From Trichosphaerium sp. ATCC 40318 (Eukaryota; Protista; Tubulinea): 64,000 nt of DNA. Shown here piece by piece: positions 1 to 11,800 of this stretch (positions are counted from its first letter, which is position 1; the number at the start of each line of letters is the position of its first letter). The notes beneath the pieces are model-generated. The model saw only the letters and a program-made list of their open reading frames with translations. It had not been told where the DNA came from and did no database searches. Location of the stretch: positions 1-64,000 of the forward strand of contig JALMLS010000211.1 of the NCBI GenBank assembly GCA_038496445.1. Direction: 5' to 3'. The position numbers were made by a program, and so were the translations under genes.

Positions 1-1366
1 TTTGTACTGAACACGTGGCTGAGGCCTCCTGGCTGTTGATGCATTACCAGGACTTGTGGTAAACTCTAGTATACTTTTCTGGCGTCTACGTGGAGAAGCC
101 CCTGGGAAATGGCACGAGGTAAATCCTGTCCTTTTCGTTGTTGCAAATTTCTTCTTCTGTGTGCTCATCCCACTCATCCCACTGTAAGTCTTCTTCTTTT
201 GAGAGTTTAGCGGGAGCCTAGAGACTTGTAACAAGGTTAGATCCTAAACCGTTTTGGTGTTTTTGTAGAAGATTTTGCGCGGGTTCTTGTCGGTTGTTTT
301 AAGCTTTGAGAGTATGTATGGAGTGTTTTGACAAAAGTACTGATGAAAACTTGTTAAAAGCACTTACTGGTGCGTATTTTTTTCCCCAAGCCCATTGTTT
401 TCACTCGTTGGCTAAGTACGCTTTTTGCCTGCTTGGTAGTGATCTGTAAAGCTAAAACGCTATTAGATACGTATTGATTAAACCACAACATACAACCCTT
501 CTTTGTAGGGGACTTTTGCATTTTTCATCGTAGTCTGTCATATCATTCTTCAAACAGGCGTCTAATTATGTTTTATAACCCCCACAACATAAATAAAAAC
601 ATACCTTCAAACGGATTAGTGGAATTATATGGTTTCTTTGCATTGGCTATTTAAACGGCATAAATATACGTTCAAACGATTATACAACATTACCAAACGC
701 GTTTGCCGAGTGTGACATTCAATTTAGTCGTGTTGCGTACATGAAAAACGAATTAATTTATTTTCAAATTTGCTGAATTCTACAAAACGGTTTTTTATTC
801 TTCAATACAATGTACAAAGTTATTACTGCATACCCTAGAACGCTGAGTGTGCTATAGAAGCCTTTGATGATGGTTTAACTTTTGAGGACGAAGTTGACGC
901 TTTCTTTGGCGCGAATTGGATTGTTTTGGTGCTACACGTATTCTTGCGAATAAATCATCAACCAGAGACTCTTTTAATGCGTCCACTTGCTCTTGAAGTC
1001 GCATTAAGCTCTTTATTACTTGCTCTTCAAATTCGTCTAGTTTAGGGCTCTCACCTGCGCCAGGACTCTCTTAGGAGGTATTAGAACAAAAAATGTGGGA
1101 AAGTTTGCAGTAATTAGTATTACCGTCAAATAACGCGCTTTTTATATATAGGTACTGCCGCTGCATTAGACACACCAAGAGAGAGTATGTCCTTTCTAAA
1201 AGTAGAAATTATTAAACGCGATCTCTACTGTTCCTGCGTACAATGTGTACTCCTTTAATAGACTTCCTGTAGTATACTTGAATTGATCTTCAAAATCGCT
1301 AAATCCTCCCCATTTTAACCACGACGCAACGTCATCGGTTCCCCAGGTTGTTGGTTCTTTATCCAT
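1..1366 (-). CDS. SAM-domain protein, multi-exon, runs off the window start
   Basis: ATG at 1366 gives MDKEPTTWGTDDVASWLKWGGFSDFEDQFKYTTGSLLKEYTL/KDILSLGVS after removing a GTACGC..TTTAG intron, matching the SAM pattern WxxxDVxxWL...G..L..L...D+..LG+. Further S/K/P-rich exon-like stretches follow, e.g. an open frame over ~1-218. Joining them to the SAM exons is inferred. Confidence 0.55.
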
Positions 1367-2893
1367 TTAGTTTGAAAGATATTGCTCACAACATCAGATG
1401 AAACTTAACTGAGAAAGAAAAAGAGTATTTGCATGTTTTAGCTATGACGTGCGGCAAAAAAAAAACAACATTTGGATTCGTTTAGTTTGGCCAACCCAGA
1501 ACATTCGTACAACAGCATGCGACATTCAAACTAGGATCTCATCTATAGCATGTAGATACATCCCTGCAAAATTGAAACTTAATTACACTATTTGACCTGA
1601 AATTTTGCTATTGTATTAGCGCTACAGCAATTTTTTGGGACTGTGAACATAAGTTTTTTTGCAACTCTACAAGCCTTCCAGTAGTATCCTGTTCAGTAGT
1701 GTAACGAATGAGAACAGGAAGTCACGTGCACGGTCAAATTGGTTGTAACCGTTTAAAAAGAGGCTTAACGCTAAAATAGAATAGCATTATTTCAGGTCAA
1801 ATCCACAACCGTGACATTTATTTACTTACTACATAAAACAATTACAACCTGTGGGCAAGTACCAAGACAACAATTCTCGTCATAGCAATTTATTGTTTAT
1901 TTTACAAGCTAGGAAATTCCGTAATTTATAAATTTGATCAAAATTTGCAAGTGATGGGAGTCATAACTTTGATTTCGCTCAACTGTGTTTTACCCAGAAA
2001 CAATAAGCGATTACAGCCTTCATGAAGGTTTCGTTTTTAACATCTAGCATCAACATAATATTTTATTGTAAGGTTTTTAAGTACATTCAAAGCGTAAGCA
2101 AGTGCTCACAGTCAAACATTTTTAGTTGCTACCTAATCACCTGATGGAGTACAATGACAATTACCAAACTCAGGGGAAGTCACAAGAAAGCGTCAAATAC
2201 GCAAAGACTACGGTGCAGTAAGTTCTGACAGTGTCAAAAAAAGGGCAAACGTCGGTTACTACATGCGTAACAATGATTTTTTATGATCAAAATAAGTTAC
2301 ACAATTGCCGTTAAACGTTTACTAAAACTCCTGTATAATGTGGAACAGTGAGCCAAACTACGACTTTAAGGGCTTCATTGCCAATACATTGCAAAGTAAT
2401 TAGAGTTTTTTACAATGAGATTGATTCCTACTGCATACTATCAGCCTTTGTCAACGAAATTCACCCATACCATGTACCGAGCAGGTGATAAGCACGTGAC
2501 TGTGGTATTACTTTGGCATGTAAGGAGGTTTGTGTTGCTAATTCCATACTTTCTGCAATGCTAAAGTATTCTCCGCATTAGTTGGTTTATTGTTTAGTTT
2601 TGCTACAACCAGTAGTAATCCCTAAATGACATACCAGTTCCTTGTTTTTTTGAAGAACATCGATACCTGCGCCTGTCATTGACTTGGTGAAAGCACACGA
2701 GTGTCCGAGAGCTGTATGAAGGGTATTACAATATTGAAAAAACAAAATTGAATTGGGAATGGATTAATACATTTTGGGTACTAAACAGCACGTGTCTTTT
2801 GCTAGACTTAGCTGGCAATTTTTCTCCGGCAACTTTGTCCACTTTTATTAAATAACTTTCCCCGGTAATACAATACCGGTTCGTGATCACGTG

Positions 2894-4371
2894 AAATCGT
2901 ATCGTCAACATTGTAAACAACACTAACAAAAATAGGGTATGGCTATTGCATTCTTATGCAGTTCAGAACCTAATATTCGTGTGTGGGCACTTGATGTATT
3001 GTATGAAGTTCGTCATGTCTATTATTTCTTCTACAACAGCGAATCCTCTTTGGGTACATTTTACTATTATTTCTTTTACATTTTTTTAACATCTAAAATA
3101 GATGAGGACTTGCTCCCTGACACTCGTGTCATGGACATTTTTGACCAATCTGGGCCTGATATTATAAAGAAGCTTAGCCAAGGACCCTCTGAGAAGCTCT
3201 CAGGTGCAAAACAACGGAGTAAAAAGGAAGCAATGCTTCATTACGATCAAGAAGCAGAATATGATATTAGACATGCTGCAAGAGTTAGACCACAAAAATT
3301 CTGGACGTTAGTACTTGGAGACTTGTTGTATTATATGAGAGAGCTCTGTAATGGTGCACGATGGCATGCTTGGGGTATTGTAAGTTATCTATAGATATAA
3401 GCGTTGTATCTCTTTGTTCTTACACGTTATAGATTTGTTCTCGGTTACATAGGGTGAAAGCAACCCTTATTGATATAAAGAGTGGTGTAGCGTTGACAAC
3501 GGAACAGGTTAGTGGATTTTTCACGTGGTTGAAGTTTACTTCTTTTTTTTTTTGTTTTGTTGTTCTTTTAACTTACTTATACATACCCTAGTTGTCTATG
3601 TTAACATGGTTGAGTAATTATATTGTATTCGCATGTACTTGTGTACCAACAATTGACACCGAATCTGAACCTCAACCATTGTCGGAGCGTAGAAGTAGCC
3701 AAAGGTAGGTTTTGTTATTTTTTTTTTCATTCGAGACTGCTTCATGAATGTTGACGTTTTCCTAGCTTGAATAAAGATTCTCTGTCATCCAAGCAATTAT
3801 TTTCTATTATCATTCCATATTTAAGTAGCTCTCGCCAAGAGTTCAGAGATGCAGCTGTTACTGTAAGTTTTTTTTTTGATTCCTTGACGAATATTCATTG
3901 AATTCTAGGCTCTTCAGCGTACTGCTTCAAGTGCATACCCTCAACTATTTAAGAGTATCCAACCTCTTCTTAAGAAGTTCCAGGGTGTGTATACAGCCGG
4001 CAGGCTTCGTCGTGGAAAGATCCACAATAGATTCCGTCTAAGAAGTGATATTCAAATGATTTACAGCTACATTACTGAACACATTGATTCTCAGATCCTT
4101 TCTAAAGATTCTACCATTCAAATCACTATTATTGAGTTTGCATCTGTGCGTATATCAATGAGTAGGAGATGTATGATTTGACATTTGTGAGTAGGAGATG
4201 GCGAGTTTTTAACGAAAGAAATATGATATTTCTTCACAAGTTCTTTCAATGAGATTCACGTGTCATCTTGTTAGATCGTTAGCAAGTCGATTAGCTAAAA
4301 ATAACAAACCTCTGGGCAAGGTACTTCATACTTTATTATTTATTTTCAGAAGTTATCTATTCAAAAGCATT
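2894..4371 (+). pseudogene. Inverted partial copy of the furry gene (source ~13808-15317, minus strand), introns retained
   Basis: ORFs 2939..3394 and 3987..4181 are identical to 14821..15276(-) and 14034..14228(-). The intron homopolymer length checked also matches. Both edges carry small indels, and one creates a stop (ATG GCG AGT TTT TAA near 4200). May be an assembly artefact. Confidence 0.85.
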
Positions 4372-4378
4372 TTTTTTA

Positions 4379-5160
4379 ATTCAAACGGCAGGTGTAAAAG
4401 AAACGAATGTTAGCATAAATAATGTTACAATACAATTTGTAGACGTTGGCGGGCAACGTTCGGAGAGAAGAAAATGGATTCGTTGCTTTGAAGGAGTTGA
4501 CGCAATAATTTACTTGGTAGCTTTGGATGAGTGTAAGCTCAATTTTTTTTTTTTTTTTCGCGGTTGTTAGTTACTCACGTGATTTTTTTGCTTGTAGATA
4601 ACATGACAATCACAGAAAATAATTCAACCAATAGACTTGAAGAGTCGCTGGGCGTTTTGTCAGAAGTGAGTGGGTCTAAATTTGTGAACGATAAAGAAAT
4701 ACCTTTCATCGTTTTTTTGAACAAATTCGACCTTTACAAAGCAAAAGCAGCTTATGTACCTCTTTCAGATTACTTTCCTGAGTATAAAGGTATTAACAAA
4801 ATATGATTACATATAAACTCATTACTAACAACACTTTCAGGTGACGCAAGCGATTGGGAAGAAGGTATAAGATTTATTGGAAATATGATTCACAACCGTT
4901 TTGAAGGTTTTAGGATTGCAAACACATACGTATGTATTATCAACCAATTTTGAGAATATTACTTCATTTACGAATTACTGTGAATAACGGCATGTGTTTA
5001 GGTAACAAATGGATTGGATACAAGAAACTGTTCACGTGTTTTTCAGTCAATCTATGACGAGATTTTGCTAGACAATTTATCATCATTGTCTGCACTTTCA
5101 AGGACGACTAGTTCTGGTTCAGCAGCAAGTGAACCAAATGAAGTTCAAATAACCTTTTAG
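4379..5160 (+). pseudogene. Heterotrimeric G-protein alpha subunit, C-terminal half only (4 exons)
   Basis: [42 protein letters not shown] (G3/switch II), FLNKFD (G4) and VTNGLDT (G5-like), stop at 5160, canonical GT-AG introns. No P-loop (GxxxSGKST) or helical domain was found upstream; that position holds the furry copy. Confidence 0.85.
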
Positions 5161-5765
5161 AGTGAATGATATTGTAAACAAAACAAAAAGAATAAGCAAC
5201 ATCGCTTAAAATGTACAAAAGATAAAAACCCAATAATCAGATTGAGACCACCGTTTAATCTTTCTAATTTGTCACTGTTGTGAAAGGAATTGAGTCCTAC
5301 TACCTAGGTATACCTAAGAGCAGTATATAGCTATAAATAGCGTGCAGCAGTTGAGAAGCCTACTGTTAAGTTTCCAGAAAGAAGAGGTTTTAAAAATATG
5401 CAAAGTTGCTTCCCATGTCGCATATTATAAACCACTATGCCAAAAGCGTATTAACACACTCACTGTTGGAGTGCAGTGGAAGCTTATACGACACCTTTCA
5501 TGATAATGTTGTTCAACCATTCTTGTACAATCCTCAACACGTGATTTTATCAAATCATTTATTTATTTGAATTGACTTTACCATCAACAAGTATTATTTG
5601 GGATACAAGTTTGTCCGTTCTCAATTCCACATGTGGCTGACCCTTTTTGTATGAGTGCCGGTTCTTGTAGTGTCCTTTAAAGTGCGACATAGAATCAGAT
5701 TTCTAAGAAAGAGATTTATGTTGACCTGTTAAATCAAGCAATAGCTACTACAACCAATACCAACC

Positions 5766-7876
5766 ATGAGTATCTCATTTGTATCAATTGAAAATGGTCT
5801 TGAATACTATCGCAAGTACCATGGAGAAGCGTTTAGTAGAATTATGGAAAAACAAGACCATACATTGATAAAACAGGTCGAAAGTATTGTTAATGCCATA
5901 AATACGAGCTTTGTAAAGCAACTCGATGCAGTATTGTTAAAACTACCAGATTCAATTGTTAGTACAACAAACAAGCGCTCATCAGATTCAAAAGATTACG
6001 AGTCTCATAAACGTAAACAAAAAGACAAGTACGTTCAAAAAACCAACAAAAATCGTTTTGCTTTAAATATTGTTTTTACAAGACCAAGCACGTGTTCACA
6101 AAATATTTTAAATCTCCTTTTTCGAAGAAAAACACCATGCGTCTACTTAATTTTACATCACATAACTTTGTGTCTACAAGCCATGTTAAACGCTCTTGCA
6201 TTTGTATTATTAACAAGTAAAAGGACACTGATGACAGTACAAAAAGAAGAAGAAGTGAAGACGAATATCATTTATTTCCCTCCTGAAATCATTTCAAATA
6301 TTCTTGATCACGTGGATGCCAAAGATTTATTTCCTGTTGCTCAATCATGTCATCATATGGCTGATATTATTCATGATATTGTTGGATACAGATATGTTTA
6401 TCTCAAGCGATACACAGATATTCTAAAGATAAGACAGTACAAGGGTATCATGAACAATACAATAGTTCAACTAGACCGCATGAGGGAAAGTACACTATTT
6501 TCGTTCCTTGGTGGCTGTCGTAAACTCAGTGTGTCACCAAAAAATAAGCTTGTGAATGATAGTGATCTGAAAGCAATAGTGAATGTTAGACAACCTACCT
6601 TTATTGATCTTACTGGCTGCAAAAATGTGACTGATGAGGGTATTAAAGCGCTTAAAGGCGTTGATACTGTCATTCTCAGCAGATGTGATAAAGTGACAGA
6701 TGAAGGCATTAAAGCGCTTGCTGGAGTACATACTCTTAATTTAAGTGGATGTCCTAAGGTGACAGATGAAGGTGTTAAAGTGCTTGCTGGGGTACATCAA
6801 ATTAACCTTTCAGGATGCAAAAAAGTTTCAGATGAAGGTGTTATAGCACTCAAAGGAGTACACACAATTTTCCTACATGGCAGTCCTAAGGTTACAGACG
6901 AAGGTGTCAAAGCACTTAAAGGAGTTTATAGTATCAGTATGACAGGTTGTACTGGAGTTACAGATGAAGGAATTAAGGCACTTGCTGGAGGCTATGAAAT
7001 TCAAGGAGTTCACACTGTACATTTAATCGATTTGCCTATATTACAGATGAAGGCATCAAATCATTAGCTGGCGTGCATACCATAAGCTTGTGTAATTGCA
7101 CATTAACAGATGACGGTATAAAGGCATTATCAGGAGTACACCATATTAGGTTACAGGGCATAGCCATTACAGATGAAGGTGTCAAAGCACTTTCTGGAGC
7201 TCATACAGTATCTTTTTGCGGATGTAAGGCTGTGACAGATGAAGGTATTAAAGCTCTTGCTGGAGTTCATGAAATTGCCCTCTATGGCTGTGATAAAGTT
7301 ACAGACGAAGGTATCAAAGCACTTAAAGGAGTTTATAGTATTAGCATGGCAGGTTGTGCAGTTACAGATAAAGGTATTAAAGCACTTGCTGGAGTACATA
7401 AAATTGACATTTATAGATGTGAGGGCGTGACAGATGAGGGTGTTAAAGTGCTTGCTGGAGTACATACTATTGACTTAAGTGAATGTTATAAGGTGACAGA
7501 TGAAGGTGTTAAAGCGCTTAAAGGAGTTCACGAAATTAACCTTTCAGGATGCAAGGCTGTGACAGATGAAGGTATAAAAGCACTTGCTGGAGCTCATACT
7601 ATCAACCTCTCCAATTGCAAACAGGTGACAGATGAAGGTGTCAAACACCTTGCTGGTGTACATGAAATTGACCTTACCAATTGCAATGTGACAGAGGACG
7701 GCATTAAAGCACTCAAAGGTGTACATACAATCACTCTTGATAACTGTGATGTTGATGATGACGTTGTAGATGTACTTGTACAAGGAAGTCTTTGTCAAGT
7801 TTGTGTTGAATGGAACATATCGTTGGAGTTGAAACACAGGTTAAAAGAAGCAGGAGTGGATATTTATTATCATTAA
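5766..7876 (+). CDS. F-box + short (21-22 aa) leucine-rich repeat protein, one frameshift near 7035-7043
   Basis: F-box-like IIYFPPEIISNILDHVDAKDLFPVAQSCHHM, then about 17 repeats of GVHxIxLxGCxxVTDEG(V/I)KAL(A/K). ORFs 5766..7067 and 7073..7876 join into one repeat register if one base is restored in TTGCCTATATTACAGATGAA. Probable stop-free intron at 6029-6217 (GTACGT..AAG, 189 nt). Confidence 0.85.
6590..7750 (+). repeat. Coding tandem repeat array, 63-66 nt units (LRR modules)
   Basis: A GT(G/T)ACAGA(T/C)GAAGG..T.AAAGC.CTT..GGAGT.CA core recurs every ~66 nt. Confidence 0.9.
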
Positions 7877-8511
7877 AACAAAAGTATTTTACTTACAGAC
7901 GCCATTTGAAACAACATCCGTAAAATTACTTTCTTCACATGGCTTAACCACCGCAAGAAAAATTTTGCATTTTTCTAGTGTACTTTTTTATCCCAACATT
8001 TAAGGAGAGGGTGTTTGAGGTTTTTTTTGAGAGAAAATAAACTTTTTTTATTTATAACAAGTAGACAGCACTGCTGTATTGCGATCTATCCAGCGAAGCG
8101 CCAGCAAGCCATTTCTGTGAGTAAGCAGTGTTTGTGATCGATCTCTGCGAAGCCCATGCGAGCACTATACCCTTTGAGTCGCCTAGGTAGACTTGAGTGG
8201 GTATCAAGGTTTGCATATAGCAGACCGCACAATAGTTGGGTAAGGTACCCTATATTATGCCATAGTAACTATTTAGAAAGCCCCTTTTAGAGGGTGTTTA
8301 GAGGGACCATAGCCTAGCGTCTACTGAGCGCCATAACCCAGTTGTCTTCCTTGTTCACAAAAAGCAACTACAAGTATTTACTTATCACAGAGCTGGTAAT
8401 GTTTTATTTGATTATATACATTATATACAACACCAGCAATTTATGTGTGTACATACACATGATTGAAAGAAAGAAAAAAAAAAGACATAAAAGAAGTTTG
8501 TTTTGTTACTC

Positions 8512-8810
8512 TTAGCGTGTTAACCTTTTCTCACTTTTCTCATGTTTTTCCTTCTTATCTCCTTTTTTATCTTTCTCTTGCTTTTCATGCTTATCACGTT
8601 TTTCACTTTTATCATTCTTTTCTTTCTTATCATCATTATGATGCTTCCTTTCATCACGTTTATCACGTTTTTCCTTCTTCTCTGGCTTATTTTTTCGATC
8701 TCCTTTATGATGTTCTTCTTTTTTCTCTAATTTTACTTTATCTTTCTTTTCAGGTTTGTCTTCCTTCTTATCACTCTTTTCTTTAGATTTATCCCTTTTA
8801 TCTGGTTTAT
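8512..8810 (-). repeat. K/E/D/H-rich low-complexity coding tail of furry
   Basis: KRDKSKEKSDKKEDKPEKKDKVKLEKKEEHHKGD...; the exon begins after a TTTAG acceptor near 8870 and continues the furry exon series. Confidence 0.7.
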
Positions 8811-11800
8811 ACATCATAGCTTCTCTTGATACAGAATCTTTTCTAGCTGACTCAACACCAGATTCAGACTAAACAACATCCATAAGTATAAAAAATAGGA
8901 GAAAAAAAACAAACAAAAACAGTTTCACAACAGCAGTGTTTAGAGTATTTTTCAAAATAACAAATGGGAATACATCCAAAGAATATCAGTAATTGTTTTT
9001 ATGATATGAATATTGCTGTATGTAACAACAGTCATAAAATAGAAATGGTTTTTGTTTCGGACAAAAAAACGTACAAAAGTAATGTCATCATCGTTATCAA
9101 CTTCTGTACCAACATCACCGCCTCCCATACCTTGCAAAAGAGCTAAAGAATGTATTAATTAAACTATTACACTAACAAGAACAAAATATATTCTAGTACC
9201 ATCGAACTCAATCCCAGGGAACTCTGCCCAAGGAGTTCCACCTCCAAAACCGAAACCAGTGCCAACTTCACCACTATTAGACGTCCCTCAGGCGACATAT
9301 TGTTTGAGCTTAGAGTAGGACATGAAGCAAGAGTACCACCACGTAATGTGGCATACTCACTAAGCGACTCTTCAGAGCCGCTATGCTCGATCATGTCACT
9401 TTCGTCGGATTCGTGTCCAAAAAGATCAAAAATGGTAGAATCCAAAGGTTTCAATGACCTCTCCCTTGTCTCTTCTGAATCTAATAGTACTTGCGCTATT
9501 GCTGCTGATGTTACAGTAGTTCCTTCTCCAGGTTGATCAGAGAATCTTGATTGGATATGGAGGTGTTTAGGAGGTACAATCTTTGCAGTATTCAAAGTAA
9601 GGAACCTGAGGAGCAGTGTTAGATACAAATGTGAATTATGACTCATTGACGTACGATACAGGAGCTTGAATAATAGCAAATGATAAAGAATCTATTGCTG
9701 CCTCCCAGTTATCTTTTCCTTCGACATTGAACCTGATAATGGTTAGAACAGAGTTAAAAGCTTGTTTGTTTAATTTCTTCAAAAAAACGTACAGTTCTTT
9801 GCAAAGCAAATGGGCCCATACGACTCCTGATTTGCTAGATCCGTGCCAATCTGATATAGACCGAGAAATAAGAAGCTGTCTTATGATTTGCATAGTAGCA
9901 CTACGATATTTCTTTGGACCTAAATGAACAGTTTAGTAAAAAGTGTTAACTCCAATGTCTGAGTTGATTATTTTTTTTCTTCAAAACAAAAATGGTACCT
10001 TCGTTAATTAAAGCGAATAGGAACGACATGGTAAAGTAACTATACGATGGAAACAATACTTGACACAATGGTTTAGCCAAATCAGCTAAAAATCCGGCAA
10101 GTGATCGATCCTACACAACATAAGCTTTCGGGTTTTTTGATACAATTGTTTGGTGAAAAACGTACATTCGCTGTTAGGGATTCGAAGACTTTACCTAGTC
10201 TAGAATGGCTATGCGCATGGCATGTACGAGCAATACTTCTTACTACATCAGTAGGTATACGTTTCAAAAGAATACGGTGACAGATATACGGAAGTAACGC
10301 GACCTTGAATTCAAAAAAAGTGAGCAAGAGAAAAAAAAAGATTCGTTTTTGAATTGACTTGAAGTCAGAACGTACCACAGTGATAGCGAATCTGTTTGGT
10401 TGAGGTTGTACAATAGCATCCGAAGGTACATCTATAAGCTCAATAATACACTAATAATAGAATAAATTAGGAATAGAGTCAAAAGGACAAAGAGGTATAC
10501 AACGTACTTGGATTGTAACGTCTTCAGTCAAGTCGGAAAAAAGTCCTTTGAAAAGAAGCGGTTGTATGCCTATAAACACAGGCGTCCTAGGTACAAGGTA
10601 AGATAGCAATATAATAAGCCTTATGATACCATTTAGGTGCCCTCTCTTCAAGTACTTGACGAACAAGTTCTTGGTGAAATTCCAACCTTTTCAAAAGAAT
10701 CAACAATAACTTCAATGTGCCTAAACGAACACCCATAAGAAACATATTAGACGTTGATAATAACATACTAAAGTATAATTGCTCATAATCAATATGAAGA
10801 AGTGCAACAGTTGCCCAGAATAATTGAGGGAATAAAATAAGTTTTTGAGAATCAAGGTTATCAACTAGAGACTGTAACGTTACTAGTATCTCCATAGATA
10901 TACATAAATTCTGTTTGTTCTGTTTAGCAACTTGTATTGCTCCAATATTCTTCTTAAGTGTCTCGAGAAGATCAAATGTAATATCCTTAGCAACTTGTGG
11001 CTTAAGTGACCTTAAATCAAATAATGTAAGAAAAAAAGAAGAACAAAAGAGGAACAAAAACTATAAACTGTAGTGCCTGTAAATCTGCAATGAACGTGCA
11101 CCAACATGTGAATTGGAACTATGTAAAGCCCATTGAAGTGCTTTAAAAACATTGTTAATGAAGTAGAGATATGCACAGTTTGTTAAAGACATACCTTGAA
11201 CTTCCCAATCACTTACAAGATTATTTCGTCCAAAAATAGTAACAACAGTTTGTACAAGATCTTCAAGTTGATCTGCACTAACAATATGAGGTACTTTAAT
11301 TGATATATCCTCATAAGCCCAGAAATGGTGTCCTGCTTTTGCCTCAAGGACTTCCTGAAGGTCAATAGCTTCTTTATAACGGAACTCTTCTTGATTTGTT
11401 AATTTCTCTAGAAATGAAGTAAGACAACAGTGTTCAGTTCTTGTATTTGTTCAATCTAACCTTTTGCTTCAAGTGGTTGTATACAGAATACACGAGCAAG
11501 ATTTAATAGAAGGATACGTCCATGCTCATGTACAACAGAAACTTGTGCGTCAAGACTTAGAAATACAATCTGTAAAGCAACAGCCAAATGTTGTTCAAAC
11601 TGGATTGTTACTTCATACGACAAATGTGCAAGCAGTACAAGTGTAAGATGCCCTATAACACATATGTTAAACAACTCTGGTTACAAAAGATTATATATTA
11701 GTATGTACCTCGTGTGAGACCCCAATTTTTAGTGCCAGCATAGGAATGTCTTGTGATTACTTTATCAAACTTTAGTTGAGTTGTTTTCAACCGTTTTCTA

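Noticed and set aside
2939-5160. Functional furry-G-alpha fusion gene
   Set aside because: Indels near 4205 put a stop in the last furry-derived exon, and the G-alpha part lacks the P-loop.
5560-5700. Minus-strand peptide SHFKGHYKNRHSYKKGQPH, vaguely MORN-like
   Set aside because: Too short and degenerate to support.
6590-7750. Regular repeat-spacer appearance suggesting a CRISPR array or a diversity-generating retroelement
   Set aside because: The units are in-frame protein repeats with synonymous variation, in a eukaryotic context with no cas or reverse transcriptase gene.
6467-7837. Antisense and alternate-frame ORFs over the LRR array (likewise 30593..30901, 34371..34562, 51153..51335, 8463..8786)
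   Set aside because: Shadow ORFs produced by repetitive coding sequence on the other strand or frame.
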